DNA from: Candidatus Krumholzibacteriota bacterium
Lineage (GTDB): Bacteria; Krumholzibacteriota; Krumholzibacteriia; Krumholzibacteriales; Krumholzibacteriaceae
NCBI GenBank assembly: GCA_030613345.1
Contig: JAUWMD010000001.1
Location: forward strand, 1-34,551
Length of the DNA stretch: 34,551 bases
Direction of reading: 5' to 3'
A model generated the notes under the pieces. It worked only from the letters and a program-made list of their open reading frames with translations. It searched no databases and was not told the DNA's origin. Below are positions 1 through 9,560 of this stretch, one piece after another (the stretch's first letter is position 1; every line of letters begins with the position of its first letter). The translations under genes and the position numbers were made by a program.

Positions 1-1953
1 CTCTGTGTACTTGCAGTCCGGGTAGTTGCCGCACGCAATGAATCTGCCGAATCTTCCCGATTTGTACATGAGTTGACCGCCGCAGTCAGGGCATTCCCTG
101 TCGAGGGTTTCCTCCTCCTCGAGAGATTTCGAGTAACGGCATTCGGGGAATCCGGGGCACGCGAGGAAGGGACCGTTCCTGCTCCATTTCTTGACCAGCT
201 TTTTCCCGCATTTGGGGCAATCTTCGTCAGTCTCCTCCTGTACGAGTTTCCTTAATTCGTCCCTGCGTCCGCTGAATTTCTCGAGGTCGAACGAAAGCGG
301 ATCGTAGAAGAACCTGACAACGTCCTGCCATTTTTCCTCCGATCCTTCGACCTTGTCGAGCTCGGTCTCCAGGCGGGCGGTGAAATCGACTTCGAAGATA
401 TCGTTGAACAGTTCCGCAAGGGATTCCCAGACCTTCTCGCCAAGTTCGGTCGGTTGGAAGGCCTTTCCCTCCTTCTCCACGTAACCGCGGTCCTGGATGA
501 TACTGATGATGCTGGCGTACGTGCTCGGGCGCCCGATGCCCTTGTCTTCGAGCTCCTTGATGAGCGAGGCCTCGTTGAATCTCGGAGGCGGTTCGGTGAA
601 GTGCTGTAAAGCGTCGAGATTCCTGATATCGACCGTTTCACCCTCGGACAGGTCTGGTATCCAGTTACCCTCCTCGGCCTGCCTGTCGGGATAAAGCGCG
701 AGGAATCCAGGATGGACGAGTTTCCGGCCCCCGGCACGCAGAAGGTAATCGTCACCCGCCGCGATGTCGACCTCGCGTATATCGTATACAGCCGGCGATG
801 CAAGCGATGAGAGGAATCTCCTCCATATCAGATCGTAAAGGACCTTCTGGTCTTTCGTAAGGAAAGGCGCTACGTCTTCCGGTTTCCTGTACGAGTCGGT
901 CGGCCTGACCGCCTCGTGCGCGTCCTGGGCGAGCTTGCCCTTTGCGTAACTTTTCCCTCCGCCGACATGGTCTTTCCCGAGATTCTCCTCTATCCACGTC
1001 TTTCCCTGCGCCCAGGCCTCCTTGCTCACGCGGGTTGAATCGGTCCTCATGTAGCTTATAAGTCCGACGGAACCCTCTTCGCCAAGCATGATGCCCTCGT
1101 AGAGCTGCTGGGCAACGGCCATCGTCCTCTTCGCCGAGAAGCCGAGTCTTCCGGCCGCTTCCCTCTGCAGCGTACTGGTGATGAACGGAGGCTGGGGGTT
1201 TCTCTTCTTCTGCCTGTCCCTGACAGCCTCGACCACTATCTCCGAACCTTTTATCTGTTCGACGATCCTGCGCGCTTCCGCTTCAGATCCGATCTCCGGT
1301 TTGTTACCTGCGATCTTCAGAAGCTTCGCTCCGAATTCCCTGTCTCCGCCGCAGCACAGGACACCTTCTATTGTCCAGTACTCGACCGGGACGAATGCCC
1401 TGATCTCGTTTTCACGCTCGCATATGAGACGGAGACCGACAGTCTGTACACGACCGGCCGACAGTCCGCGATAGAATATCTTCCACAGAACGGGGCTGAC
1501 GAGATAGCCGACGAGGCGATCGAGTATCCTGCGAGCCTGCTGCGCGTTCACCTTGTTGATGTCGATGTCCCTTGGATGATCGACCGCTTCCGCGATAGCG
1601 TTCTTCGTGATCTCGTTGAATATGATCCTCTTGATCGGTGCGCCTGTCTTCTTCAGAAGCTCCTCGAGATGCCAGGCTATCGCCTCTCCCTCGCGGTCCA
1701 TATCGGTAGCGAGGAGTATGCTCGAGCTTTTCGAAGCCTTGTCGCGCAGTTCCTTGAGGACCTTGCTTTTCGCGCGCACGCTCACGTACTTCGGCTTGAA
1801 GTCCTTTTCCACATCTATGCCGAGCTCACTCTTCGGCAGGTCACGGATATGTCCGACGGATGCTTTTACATCGTACCCCTTGCCGAGATATTTCTTGATC
1901 GTCCGCGCCTTGGCGGGCGACTCCACTATTACAAGTATATTATCCACTGTCAC
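1..1953 (-). CDS. topA: DNA topoisomerase I (type IA); the C-terminus runs off the left edge
   Basis: Edge-truncated, so absent from the ORF track. My own minus-strand translation from GTG 1953 (in-frame GTG also at 1947; GAGGA at 1957-1961) reads VTVDNILVIVESPAKARTIKKYLGKGYDVKASVGHIRDLP...TDMDREGEAIAWH...RILDRLVGYLVSPVLW, which are Toprim and type IA motifs. Near the edge there are two Cys4 zinc ribbons (CPKCGKK..ACPGFPEC; CPDCGG..ACGNYPDC). The frame stays open to base 1. Confidence 0.93.
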   Translation of the reverse strand, partial: MTVDNILVIVESPAKARTIKKYLGKGYDVKASVGHIRDLPKSELGIDVEKDFKPKYVSVRAKSKVLKELRDKASKSSSILLATDMDREGEAIAWHLEELLKKTGAPIKRIIFNEITKNAIAEAVDHPRDIDINKVNAQQARRILDRLVGYLVSPVLWKIFYRGLSAGRVQTVGLRLICERENEIRAFVPVEYWTIEGVLCCGGDREFGAKLLKIAGNKPEIGSEAEARRIVEQIKGSEIVVEAVRDRQKKRNPQPPFITSTLQREAAGRLGFSAKRTMAVAQQLYEGIMLGEEGSVGLISYMRTDSTRVSKEAWAQGKTWIEENLGKDHVGGGKSYAKGKLAQDAHEAVRPTDSYRKPEDVAPFLTKDQKVLYDLIWRRFLSSLASPAVYDIREVDIAAGDDYLLRAGGRKLVHPGFLALYPDRQAEEGNWIPDLSEGETVDIRNLDALQHFTEPPPRFNEASLIKELEDKGIGRPSTYASIISIIQDRGYVEKEGKAFQPTELGEKVWESLAELFNDIFEVDFTARLETELDKVEGSEEKWQDVVRFFYDPLSFDLEKFSGRRDELRKLVQEETDEDCPKCGKKLVKKWSRNGPFLACPGFPECRYSKSLEEEETLDRECPDCGGQLMYKSGRFGRFIACGNYPDCKYTE

Positions 1954-1959
1954 GCGTCC

Positions 1960-2403
1960 TCAGTTGATATTGATACTCCCACCCTCATCGTACTCACCTG
2001 GTATCGAAGGAACGTACCGCAGTGCTATCTCCATAACTTCCTCGAGCGAAGCGGAAGCCCTGTACTCCAGTCCCGCGCTTTCTATGATCAGGCACAGATG
2101 CGTCTCCGATATCCACCCGGTGCTCCGCAGCCACAGGAGCCAGCCCTGGGCCTCGAGACTGAGCATGTTCCTCTCCATCGAGGATAGAATACGTGTGCCC
2201 CTGTCGAACCCGTCGTCGGCGAGCAAACCGCCCCTCAACGAATCAGCGTCGAGGAGGAGCACGGCCTGGCGGATCTCCTCTGAGGAGTAACCCATATCCT
2301 CGAGTCTCGTGTAGATGTTCCCTGGATCGTAAGGGTCTCCCGGTGCGTTGTCCATTATCCAGGAGATGATTTCTCTGATGCGTTCATCGTCTCTGCCGGT
2401 CAC
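1960..2403 (-). CDS. smg: Smg/DUF494 family protein
   Basis: This is the 3' part of track ORF 1960..2721. The first ~106 codons of that ORF overlap secA and are Arg/Pro-rich, so I discard them. GTG 2403 is preceded by GGAGAAAGGA. The 147-aa product resembles Smg by eye (LEDMGYSSEEIRQAVLLL; RILSSMERNMLSLEAQGWLLWLRSTGWIS; LEEVMEIALRYVPSIPG). smg next to topA is a common arrangement. Confidence 0.75.
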   Translation of the reverse strand: MTGRDDERIREIISWIMDNAPGDPYDPGNIYTRLEDMGYSSEEIRQAVLLLDADSLRGGLLADDGFDRGTRILSSMERNMLSLEAQGWLLWLRSTGWISETHLCLIIESAGLEYRASASLEEVMEIALRYVPSIPGEYDEGGSININ

Positions 2404-2452
2404 CGGTGTTGTCCTTTCTCCATCTGGTGTCGGAAAGCCTGTATAATGTCCC

Positions 2453-5400
2453 TCAGTCACCCCGGCCGCAACACTTTTTATATTTCTTGCCGCTGCCGCA
2501 GGGACAAGGGTCGTTTCTTCCCACCTTCGGTTCTTCCCTCTGCCGGGGCTGAACGTTCCTCCGCGGACCAGCGGGGCCGATGGCTCCTCCGGGAGCGGAG
2601 GCCTTTGCCTGAGCCTCCTGAGGCGCGGGAGCGGCCGCGTATGCATCCACCGTCCGGTGCATGGCAACCTCCCGGCGCGGCTGTTTCCTTTCGGTCCTCT
2701 CCGGGGAATCGACCCTCGCATGGAACAGCCCCCACAGAACCGTTCTGTCGATGTCGTCTATCATCTCGGAGAACATCTGGAATGCCTCCTGCTTGTACTC
2801 GACGAGCGGGTCCTTCTGCGCGTACGACCTGAAATGAATCCCTTCCCGCAGATTGTCGAGTTCTCTGAGGTGATCCATCCATTTCTCGTCGATGCTCTGC
2901 AGCATGATCATCTTCTCGAGCTGCAGCATGATTTCCTCCGGAATCATCGATTTTCTCAGTTCGAAGGCTTTTCTCGCCTCAGAGCGAAAGTGACTGATGA
3001 TCTTCTGCTCATCCTTCCGGTCGATCTCGGACAGACTCGAAACGTCGAATCTAAACAGGAATATCGTCTCGAGCTCGCCGGCGGCACCCTCGATGTCCCA
3101 TTCTTCGTGGAGCGTATCGGGGGGCATGTATCCGTCGATCACCTGATCTATTACGTTGTCGATGAGCCTGTGAACCATCCCGTCCAGATCGTCGGTATCT
3201 AGGATGCTGTTCCTCCGGCCATAGATGACCTCGCGCTGCTTGTTCATCACATCATCATACTCGAGAAGACGCTTCCTGATCCCGAAGTTGTAGTACTCGA
3301 CTTTCTTCTGCGATTTCTCGATCGCCCTGGTGATGAAGGAGTGAGTGATGACTTCGCCCTCCTCGGCTCCCAGCCTGTCCATCACGCTGGAGATCCTCTC
3401 GGAACCGAAGAGACGCATAAGATCGTCCTCGAGCGAGATGAAGAACCTCGATGCTCCCGGATCGCCCTGCCTGCCCGTCCTTCCACGGAGCTGCCTGTCG
3501 ATCCTGCGGCTCTCGTGCCTTTCGGTGCCGATTATCTGCAGGCCGCAGGGCACATCCTCGAGACAGTCGGTCTTCTTTTCGTCGTTGGGGCATTCGGCGC
3601 ATCCGTCGGGGGTCTCGCACAGGATGCAGCACCTTTCGCACTTGACTACACCCTTCTCCAGCTTGATGTCGGTTCCCCTTCCGGCCATGTTTGTGGCGAT
3701 CGTGACGGCGCCTTTCTTTCCGGCCCAGGCGACGATCTCCGCCTCTCTCTGGTGCTGCTTGGCGTTGAGGACATTGTGCGGAATACCTTCGCGCTTCAAC
3801 ATCCGGCTGAGGGTCTCGGATACCTCGACGGTGACAGTGCCGACAAGCACGGGCAGCCCGGCTTCGTGCAATCTTCTGGTCTCCTGTATGATCGTGGCGT
3901 ATTTTTCCCGTTTCGTGCGGAATATGATGTCATCATAATCGATTCTGCGGACAGGCTTGTTCGTCGGGATGACGTTTACCACCAGACCGTAGATCTTGTG
4001 GAATTCCTCTTCCTCGGTCTCGGCTGTACCGGTCATGCCGGAGAGCTTATCGTACATCCTGAAGTAATTCTGAAGTGTGATCGTGGCGAAGGTCTGCGTT
4101 TCTCCCTCTATGCGAACCTTCTCCTTGGCCTCGAGCGCCTGGTGGAGACCGTCGCTGAACCGCCTGCCGGGCATCAGCCGGCCGGTGAACTCGTCGACGA
4201 TCATGACCTTTCCATCCTGGCCGACGTAATCGATGTCCTTCTCGAAGAGCGTATATGCCTTCATCAGCTGGGAGAAGTTGTGTATTACCTCGCTCTTCTC
4301 CGCGTATCGCCTGTAGGCGGCGTCTTTCTTCCTGATCCTCTCCGCCGGGTCGAGAGAGTCGTCTGAATCTATATCCTTAATATGGATGCTGAGATCGGGA
4401 AGGACGAAGAGTTCCCTGTCCTCCTTGGAGAGATTGTTGCGGCCTTTCTCCGTCAGGTCTACGACATTGGATTTCTCGTCAACGACGAAGAAGAGTTCCT
4501 CGTCGAGCTCGTTCATCCTCTTCTCTCTCATGAAGCCTGCTTCGGCGCTGAGCATCATCTTCTCGAACCCCGGCATCTTGCGGAGCTTCATGAATCTCTT
4601 GTTCTTCGGATCGCCGCGCCGGGCGAGGAGAAGGTTCACGCCGAGGCTGTCATCGCTGCCGTCTTCCCCGTCCGCGCCTGCCACCTTCTCGGCCTCGGTC
4701 ATCAGGTCGTTTATCATCCTTTTCTGCTTGCGCACCAGGTCTTCGATCCTCGTACGCAGGAAGGAAAAGTTCTCGTCCCTCGACGAGCCGGGGACAGGCC
4801 CCGATATGATAAGCGGAGTCCTTGCCTCGTCGATGAGCACGGAATCCACCTCGTCCACGATGGCATAATGGTGTACTCTCTGGACCTGGTACTCGCCGCT
4901 GAGCTTCATGTTGTCCCTGAGATAGTCGAATCCGAACTCGTTGTTTGTTCCGTAAGTTATATCGCAGCCGTAGACTCCCTTGCGTTTCTCGGGTCCCATC
5001 TCGTTCTGCAGATAGCCGACCGTCAGCCCGAGAAACTCGTATATCTTACCCATCCACTCGGCGTCTCTCCGGGCGAGGTAGTCGTTTACCGTGATCAGGT
5101 GGGCGCCTTTCTTATCGAGGGAGTTGAGATAGAGCGGCATGACTGCAGCGAGGGTCTTGCCCTCTCCGGTAGCCATCTCGACTATCGATCCCTCGTGCAG
5201 GGCTATCGCGCCGGCGATCTGGACGTCGAACGGTACCATCTCCCAGGTGATCTCCTGGCCGACGACGTTCCAGGACCTGCCCACGTGTCTTTTGCAGGCT
5301 TCGTGGACGAGCCCGAATGCCTCCGGCATTATGTCATCGACCGACTCGCCGTTCCGCAGCCTCTCGACAAGCTCCGAGGTCTTGGTGGGGAATTCATCGT

Positions 5401-5518
5401 CGGTGATTCCGGAATACCTGTCGGCCCATTCCTTGACCTCGACGATGCCGGGCGCAAGGCGCTTCATCAGCCTCGTCTTCCTGTCGCCGACGAATCTATG
5501 TATCAGTCCCTTGAACAA
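2453..5518 (-). CDS. secA: Preprotein translocase ATPase SecA (1021 aa, long form with a Cys-rich insert)
   Basis: Track ORF. TTG start at 5518 with GGAGG 8 nt upstream; the N-terminus ([20 protein letters not shown]) aligns with SecA N-termini. Motifs: [64 protein letters not shown], and the C-terminal zinc finger [14 protein letters not shown]. Confidence 0.97.
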   Translation of the reverse strand: MFKGLIHRFVGDRKTRLMKRLAPGIVEVKEWADRYSGITDDEFPTKTSELVERLRNGESVDDIMPEAFGLVHEACKRHVGRSWNVVGQEITWEMVPFDVQIAGAIALHEGSIVEMATGEGKTLAAVMPLYLNSLDKKGAHLITVNDYLARRDAEWMGKIYEFLGLTVGYLQNEMGPEKRKGVYGCDITYGTNNEFGFDYLRDNMKLSGEYQVQRVHHYAIVDEVDSVLIDEARTPLIISGPVPGSSRDENFSFLRTRIEDLVRKQKRMINDLMTEAEKVAGADGEDGSDDSLGVNLLLARRGDPKNKRFMKLRKMPGFEKMMLSAEAGFMREKRMNELDEELFFVVDEKSNVVDLTEKGRNNLSKEDRELFVLPDLSIHIKDIDSDDSLDPAERIRKKDAAYRRYAEKSEVIHNFSQLMKAYTLFEKDIDYVGQDGKVMIVDEFTGRLMPGRRFSDGLHQALEAKEKVRIEGETQTFATITLQNYFRMYDKLSGMTGTAETEEEEFHKIYGLVVNVIPTNKPVRRIDYDDIIFRTKREKYATIIQETRRLHEAGLPVLVGTVTVEVSETLSRMLKREGIPHNVLNAKQHQREAEIVAWAGKKGAVTIATNMAGRGTDIKLEKGVVKCERCCILCETPDGCAECPNDEKKTDCLEDVPCGLQIIGTERHESRRIDRQLRGRTGRQGDPGASRFFISLEDDLMRLFGSERISSVMDRLGAEEGEVITHSFITRAIEKSQKKVEYYNFGIRKRLLEYDDVMNKQREVIYGRRNSILDTDDLDGMVHRLIDNVIDQVIDGYMPPDTLHEEWDIEGAAGELETIFLFRFDVSSLSEIDRKDEQKIISHFRSEARKAFELRKSMIPEEIMLQLEKMIMLQSIDEKWMDHLRELDNLREGIHFRSYAQKDPLVEYKQEAFQMFSEMIDDIDRTVLWGLFHARVDSPERTERKQPRREVAMHRTVDAYAAAPAPQEAQAKASAPGGAIGPAGPRRNVQPRQREEPKVGRNDPCPCGSGKKYKKCCGRGD

Positions 5519-5632
5519 AAAAAGAACCTCCAGTCAATCGTACAGCAAGATAATACAACGCCTCCGGTCAATCAAGGTCGTCCCCTGATCGAGCGGCGGA
5601 GGCGTAGATATGCCTGGATCCGGCTCTGCGGA

Positions 5633-7564
5633 TCATCCTCCGGTCGTAGATATCACCGGAGCGTGGAGAAATCCCCCGTTCGAGCCGAAGAATACCCTGC
5701 CGTTGTGGTAGGCGGGCGAGGAGTAGATGGGAGCGTCGGCCCTGTACTCCGCCGCGACCGATCCATCGGACAACGCCAGTATGAATAGTTTTGAATTGTA
5801 AGCTGTTACAGCGATCATCTCATCCAGAATCAAGGGTTTTGACCTGATCGCTCCCCCAAGGTCCTTCTTCCAGAGTAGCTGGCCGTTATTGTCCACGGCT
5901 ATGAGGATCCCGTCCTCTGTCCCTGCGACGATCCTTCCGCCGGATGTCACCGGAGCGCTCCTGACTTCGCTGCCGGCCCCGTATCTCCACATAAGCATCC
6001 CCCTCGAGAGGGAATATCCGATGAGATACCTGTCGCCGGTACCAACTACAACGAGATCTTCCTTCTCGAGGCAGAGAGGGGAAGAATGGAGCGATCCTCC
6101 GGGCGCCACTCTCCAGACTATCCTGCCGTCGAGGGTCATCCGTATGAGGGAGCCGTCGGTAGTGGCCGCCACTATGTAGTCCTTGCCGACAGACGGGGTG
6201 GCCCATATCTGGTCCCCGATCTTCTGGCTCCAGTTCCTTTCTCCCGACTTGAAGTCGAGCGAGATGATCCGCCCGTCCATCGTGCTGACTATGACGGTCT
6301 TATTTCTTATCACGGGACTGCTGACGATCTTGGCGCCGCTGCGGTAGTTCCAGATCCTCTTCCCTTCCGCAGTCTCCAGGCAGAATACGTTACCCTCGTA
6401 ATCGGCTCCCACTACATGCTTTCCCGAGCATGCCGGAGTGGCGCCAACGCCTGTTGCCGCTTCGTATTTCCAGTTGATATTACCGTCGAGTGAGAAGCAG
6501 TATAGATTTCCGTCCCTGCATCCGAAAGTAACGTTGCCGCCGCAGACCACAGGCGACGAGGTCACAGCCGCGTCGAATTTTTTCTTCCATCCCTCCGTTA
6601 TGACGACCTTGACCGCCGACGGCATATTTTCCCCGGCCACCGGCGAGGGAGGCTCACCCGCTTCGGAATCGGCGGTCAACTCCTCAACGCCCCCTCGTTC
6701 TGCACCGGTCTCGATATCACCGGTATCGGTATTTCCCGCCGGAGCCAGGAGGACATCCTCCCCGCTGCCGGCCTGGTTCCCGTCGTTTCCGAAAGGCTTG
6801 AAAATGATCAGAATGGCAAGGACGAGTGCCACTGCCCCCGCTGCCATCGGTACAGAAGATTTCATGATCTCCACACCCCGTTTCTTCCGTTCCGGAAGGT
6901 CGCTGCTTCCCTTTGCTCTTCCCCAGTGCATCGCTCCCAGCGGCCTGTCCGTATCCAGATCCAGCTCCCCGCTTGCCGGCACATCGAAGGACGGAAAGAG
7001 GACGCTGTCGAGAAGCGCCTCCCTGTTTCTCCGTACAAAATCCCTCGTCGGTGCGAAAAGGAGCGTATGTCCACCTGCCGACATCCTGAATTGATTGAGA
7101 GTGAAAAGATCCCCGTACTTCTTATTGAACAGATCGGCCTGGATCACGTCCCTCTGCAGGACGATCTCTACCGTGTCCTCGAGGGACCGGATTGTTCCCT
7201 CCCGGCCGGTGGTAGAATCGAAATGCACGGGTTCTACCCTCTTGTTCCTGAAGAGATAGGCCTCTTCGCCCTTTCTCCACACCATGAGGATGCAGGATTT
7301 TTCCAGCCATGAATCGTCCAGGTTGTCTTTCGCCACCGTCCCGGTGTACTCGGCCAGTTCTCTGAAAAACCGTGCCGGATGTCCCAGTCTGGAGGACGAC
7401 ACGACCCGCCGGTAAAGATCTCTCAGCGGCACCTCGTCCTCGGGCTTCGCCCAGGAAAGAAAAACAAAGAATTCATCTCCCTCTGTTTTTCGTGAGATTT
7501 CGTGATAGGTGAGAGAGTCTTTCTTGCCGCCGGCGCCGTAACAGACAAAGCAGGTCCTTCTCAT
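5633..7564 (-). CDS. Membrane-anchored protein: unknown ~235-aa N-terminal domain, one TM helix, C-terminal PQQ/BamB-like beta-propeller
   Basis: Track ORF 5633..7612. I prefer ATG 7564 because GAGGTGA lies 5 nt upstream. One hydrophobic helix (VPMAAGAVALVLAILIIF) is followed by an acidic/Gly-rich linker. After that come repeated ~40-aa units of the PQQ-like propeller type (e.g. DGNLYCFSLDGNINWKY, EGNVFCLETAEGKRIWNY, DGRIISLDFKSGERNWSQ, DGSLIRMTLDGRIVWRV, DGILIAVDNNGQLLWKK). Confidence 0.8.
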   Translation of the reverse strand: MRRTCFVCYGAGGKKDSLTYHEISRKTEGDEFFVFLSWAKPEDEVPLRDLYRRVVSSSRLGHPARFFRELAEYTGTVAKDNLDDSWLEKSCILMVWRKGEEAYLFRNKRVEPVHFDSTTGREGTIRSLEDTVEIVLQRDVIQADLFNKKYGDLFTLNQFRMSAGGHTLLFAPTRDFVRRNREALLDSVLFPSFDVPASGELDLDTDRPLGAMHWGRAKGSSDLPERKKRGVEIMKSSVPMAAGAVALVLAILIIFKPFGNDGNQAGSGEDVLLAPAGNTDTGDIETGAERGGVEELTADSEAGEPPSPVAGENMPSAVKVVITEGWKKKFDAAVTSSPVVCGGNVTFGCRDGNLYCFSLDGNINWKYEAATGVGATPACSGKHVVGADYEGNVFCLETAEGKRIWNYRSGAKIVSSPVIRNKTVIVSTMDGRIISLDFKSGERNWSQKIGDQIWATPSVGKDYIVAATTDGSLIRMTLDGRIVWRVAPGGSLHSSPLCLEKEDLVVVGTGDRYLIGYSLSRGMLMWRYGAGSEVRSAPVTSGGRIVAGTEDGILIAVDNNGQLLWKKDLGGAIRSKPLILDEMIAVTAYNSKLFILALSDGSVAAEYRADAPIYSSPAYHNGRVFFGSNGGFLHAPVISTTGG

Positions 7565-7642
7565 GGCAATCACCTCGGGAGAGAGGTTAGCCACAGACGA
7601 CTGAAAAAGCAAGAATTAATCGGATAGAAATTTCGCTTTTCG

Positions 7643-8338
7643 TCAGTTGACGAATATCTTCTTGAATCCCGATATCAGTTTGTCTATCGGACCGGTCTCC
7701 CCGTACGCCGATCCTCTCCCGTCGAGCTGGGCCAGGATCTTCTTCGCCAGGGAATGTTCTGGATCCCATTTCAGCGCTTCGGTGAAATGCTTCACGGCCA
7801 GGTTCTTCAGTCCTGCCTTGAAGTAGACAAAACCCAGATTCGTGTGAAAATCGGCGCTGTAGAATTCGACCTCGATCGCTTTCCTGCATGCGTCCCTAGC
7901 CTCGTGGAGATCGGATTTCGTCATCGCCAGGCAGAAGCCGTACCAGCTGTGATACGCTGGATCTGAAGGATCGAACCTGATCGCCGTTCTGAGCAGCATT
8001 ATCGCCTTGTCGTACCTTCCGGCCCTCATCGCGTCACGGGCCTGTCTGAACGCCATCGAGGCGCTCCTGCCATCCTGCTCGCGCATCGCCTTGTCGTCCT
8101 TGCCTCCCTTCATATTTCTCGACTCGTCGTATTCCCTGCGCTTCTGGGAATCGCTCAGTACACCGAAAGCCTCGTTGATAAGCTTGAACCTCTCCCTGTT
8201 CTCAGGCTTGTCGCCGGCCACATCGGGATGGTAGAGCTTGGCGAGGCGGAAGTAGTTCTTCTTTATCTCCGCTTCGGAGGACTTGGGCCATACTTCCAGT
8301 ATGGAATAATAATCGGGCTTGGACTTGTTCACGGCCAC
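7643..8338 (-). CDS. J-domain (DnaJ-like) protein with C-terminal TPR repeats
   Basis: Track ORF. The GTG start directly follows the TAA of the upstream gene (GAGAGGTAAGTG). The J-domain carries an HPD motif: DYYSILEVWPKSSEAEIKKNYFRLAKLYHPDVAGDKPENRERFKLINEAFGVLSDSQKRREYD. TPR-like helices follow (GRYDKAIMLLRTAIRFDPSDPAYH..., NLAVKHFTEALKWDPEH). Confidence 0.85.
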   Translation of the reverse strand: MAVNKSKPDYYSILEVWPKSSEAEIKKNYFRLAKLYHPDVAGDKPENRERFKLINEAFGVLSDSQKRREYDESRNMKGGKDDKAMREQDGRSASMAFRQARDAMRAGRYDKAIMLLRTAIRFDPSDPAYHSWYGFCLAMTKSDLHEARDACRKAIEVEFYSADFHTNLGFVYFKAGLKNLAVKHFTEALKWDPEHSLAKKILAQLDGRGSAYGETGPIDKLISGFKKIFVN

Positions 8339-9280
8339 TTACCTCTCGCTCCTTACCGGTGACAGTTCTTTCATGAGGTTTTTTGCCAGCTCGTTTTCCG
8401 GATCGAGCCTGAGTACAAGGTCGAGATTCTTCCTCGATTCCTCCCGTGCACCCTTCTCGTAGAGCGAAAGAGCGAGATTGAGTCTCGCCTTGAGATATTC
8501 CGGGTTTATCTTGAGAGCTGTCTCAAATTCCATTATCGCGTCGTCGGTCGACCCGGTATTGGCATAGGCAATACCGAGCATGTTGTGCAGGTCGGGATAG
8601 TCAGGGTGAAGAGAAAGGGACTTCCTGAGCTCGGCAAGAGCGAAGTCGTAATCGCCGTTCTGTATCGATTCGAGAGCGAGCTGCTTGCTGACCTGCGAGG
8701 AGGAAGGTCTCTCTTCGAGAAGCTTCCAGAAGAGATCCCTGATATCCTCGTTGCCGGGATCGTTGTTCACCATTCCATTGAGCTCCTGTACCTGCTCGAT
8801 GAAGAACGCGGGAGATGCCGAGAGGCTGCGAACTAGTTCCTCAGTGGAGCGATCATACTTGCCGTCGAGCCAGTAACTCCTGGACAGCAGAACGCGCGCC
8901 TTGAAATAGTTCGGGTTGATCACCAGGGCCCTCTTGAGGCTTTCCCTCGAATTGACCCTGTTGCCCGCCTTTTCGTAGAGCTTCCCGAGTCCGTAATGGA
9001 CGTCGGCGTATTTCGGCTGGAGCTCGATCGCCTTCTCGAGCTGTTCGGCGGCGGCAGAGGTTTCACCATCGACGTCGAGTTTCTTCGAATACTCGATGTA
9101 CGATTCGACCATGTACATCCGGATCAGTTCCTGATCCCTGCCTGCGCTCAGTTCACCCGGGTGGTCGAGGTATGCTTCGAATTCTCGGCATGCCTTCCTG
9201 TAATCGCCCTTGTTGAGAAACCCTATGGCTTTTTTAAGGTTGTTTTTCGGGAGAAACCTGAGGAATCTTTCAACGAACAT
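8339..9280 (-). CDS. Tetratricopeptide (TPR) repeat protein
   Basis: Track ORF. ATG 9280 with AAGGAAGG upstream. Multiple 34-aa TPR-type units (AEQLEKAIELQPKYADVHYGLGKLY; LKRALVINPNYFKARVLLS; LRKSLSLHPDYPDLHNMLGIAY; FETALKINPEYLKARLNLA). Confidence 0.8.
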   Translation of the reverse strand: MFVERFLRFLPKNNLKKAIGFLNKGDYRKACREFEAYLDHPGELSAGRDQELIRMYMVESYIEYSKKLDVDGETSAAAEQLEKAIELQPKYADVHYGLGKLYEKAGNRVNSRESLKRALVINPNYFKARVLLSRSYWLDGKYDRSTEELVRSLSASPAFFIEQVQELNGMVNNDPGNEDIRDLFWKLLEERPSSSQVSKQLALESIQNGDYDFALAELRKSLSLHPDYPDLHNMLGIAYANTGSTDDAIMEFETALKINPEYLKARLNLALSLYEKGAREESRKNLDLVLRLDPENELAKNLMKELSPVRSER

Positions 9281-9406
9281 TTTATCTGACCTTCCTTGCC
9301 TCTCTCGCGGATCTTGTCTCTTCAGGACACCCCTCGCGGAAAGATTAGCAAGTCACAGGCCAAACCGAACGATATGAAGCGGTTCGGCTTTCAACTCTCA
9401 ATTGCT

Positions 9407-9415
9407 ATTATACCA
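9407..9415 (-). promoter_or_regulatory. Extended -10 promoter element (TGGTATAAT) for the TPR/J-domain/propeller operon
   Basis: The minus strand reads ...CTATTGGTATAATAGC, giving a perfect TATAAT with TGn. There is no good -35. It lies ~127 nt upstream of ATG 9280. An imperfect hairpin (AAGCCGAAC..GTTCGGTTT) sits in the resulting 5'UTR. Confidence 0.4.
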
Positions 9416-9560
9416 ATAGATTGTATGAACAAATGATCCTGGGTGCGGGGCATGGATGCGTGTCCGGCGAATCACCTGACAGGATAAATGCCGTATTGAT
9501 GAAAATTCTGACACATTACTGGAGGTAACGCTTGCATTCTGCAAAGGTTGCACCGGAGCG

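Noticed and set aside
2404-2721. N-terminal 106 codons of track ORF 1960..2721
   Set aside because: This stretch overlaps the 3' end of secA and is Arg/Pro-rich with no similarity to Smg. An SD-preceded GTG at 2403 gives a normal-length Smg.
3341-4366. Long ORFs antisense to, or out of frame with, recognisable genes. Examples from the track: 252..803, 1576..2187, 1607..2290, 3341..4366, 4382..5788, 6438..7094, 13515..14414, 15456..16388, 18015..19124, 19626..20633, 20390..21400, 22197..23120, 24084..25019, 28076..29290, 31826..32560, 32115..32927, 32940..34034.
   Set aside because: Each lies wholly inside a gene with strong family motifs on the other strand or in another frame. Their translations are Arg/Pro/Ser/Gly-rich and low in complexity, and they lack SD sequences. 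These are typical shadow ORFs of GC-rich DNA.
5519-5570. Leader peptide ORF starting at the TTG after the first GGAGG in the secA leader
   Set aside because: The TTG is only 2 nt from the SD-like sequence, which is too close for initiation. No other start codon is suitably placed.
9539-9555. Sigma54-like -24/-12 element CGGTGCAACCTTTGCAG on the minus strand just after the slt stop
   Set aside because: The GG-N10-GC spacing and the TTGCA -12 box fit. The -24 box is poor (GGTGCA instead of TGGCAC) and the site is ~260 nt from the next start codon. A strong extended -10 sigma70 promoter lies closer. It is probably chance.
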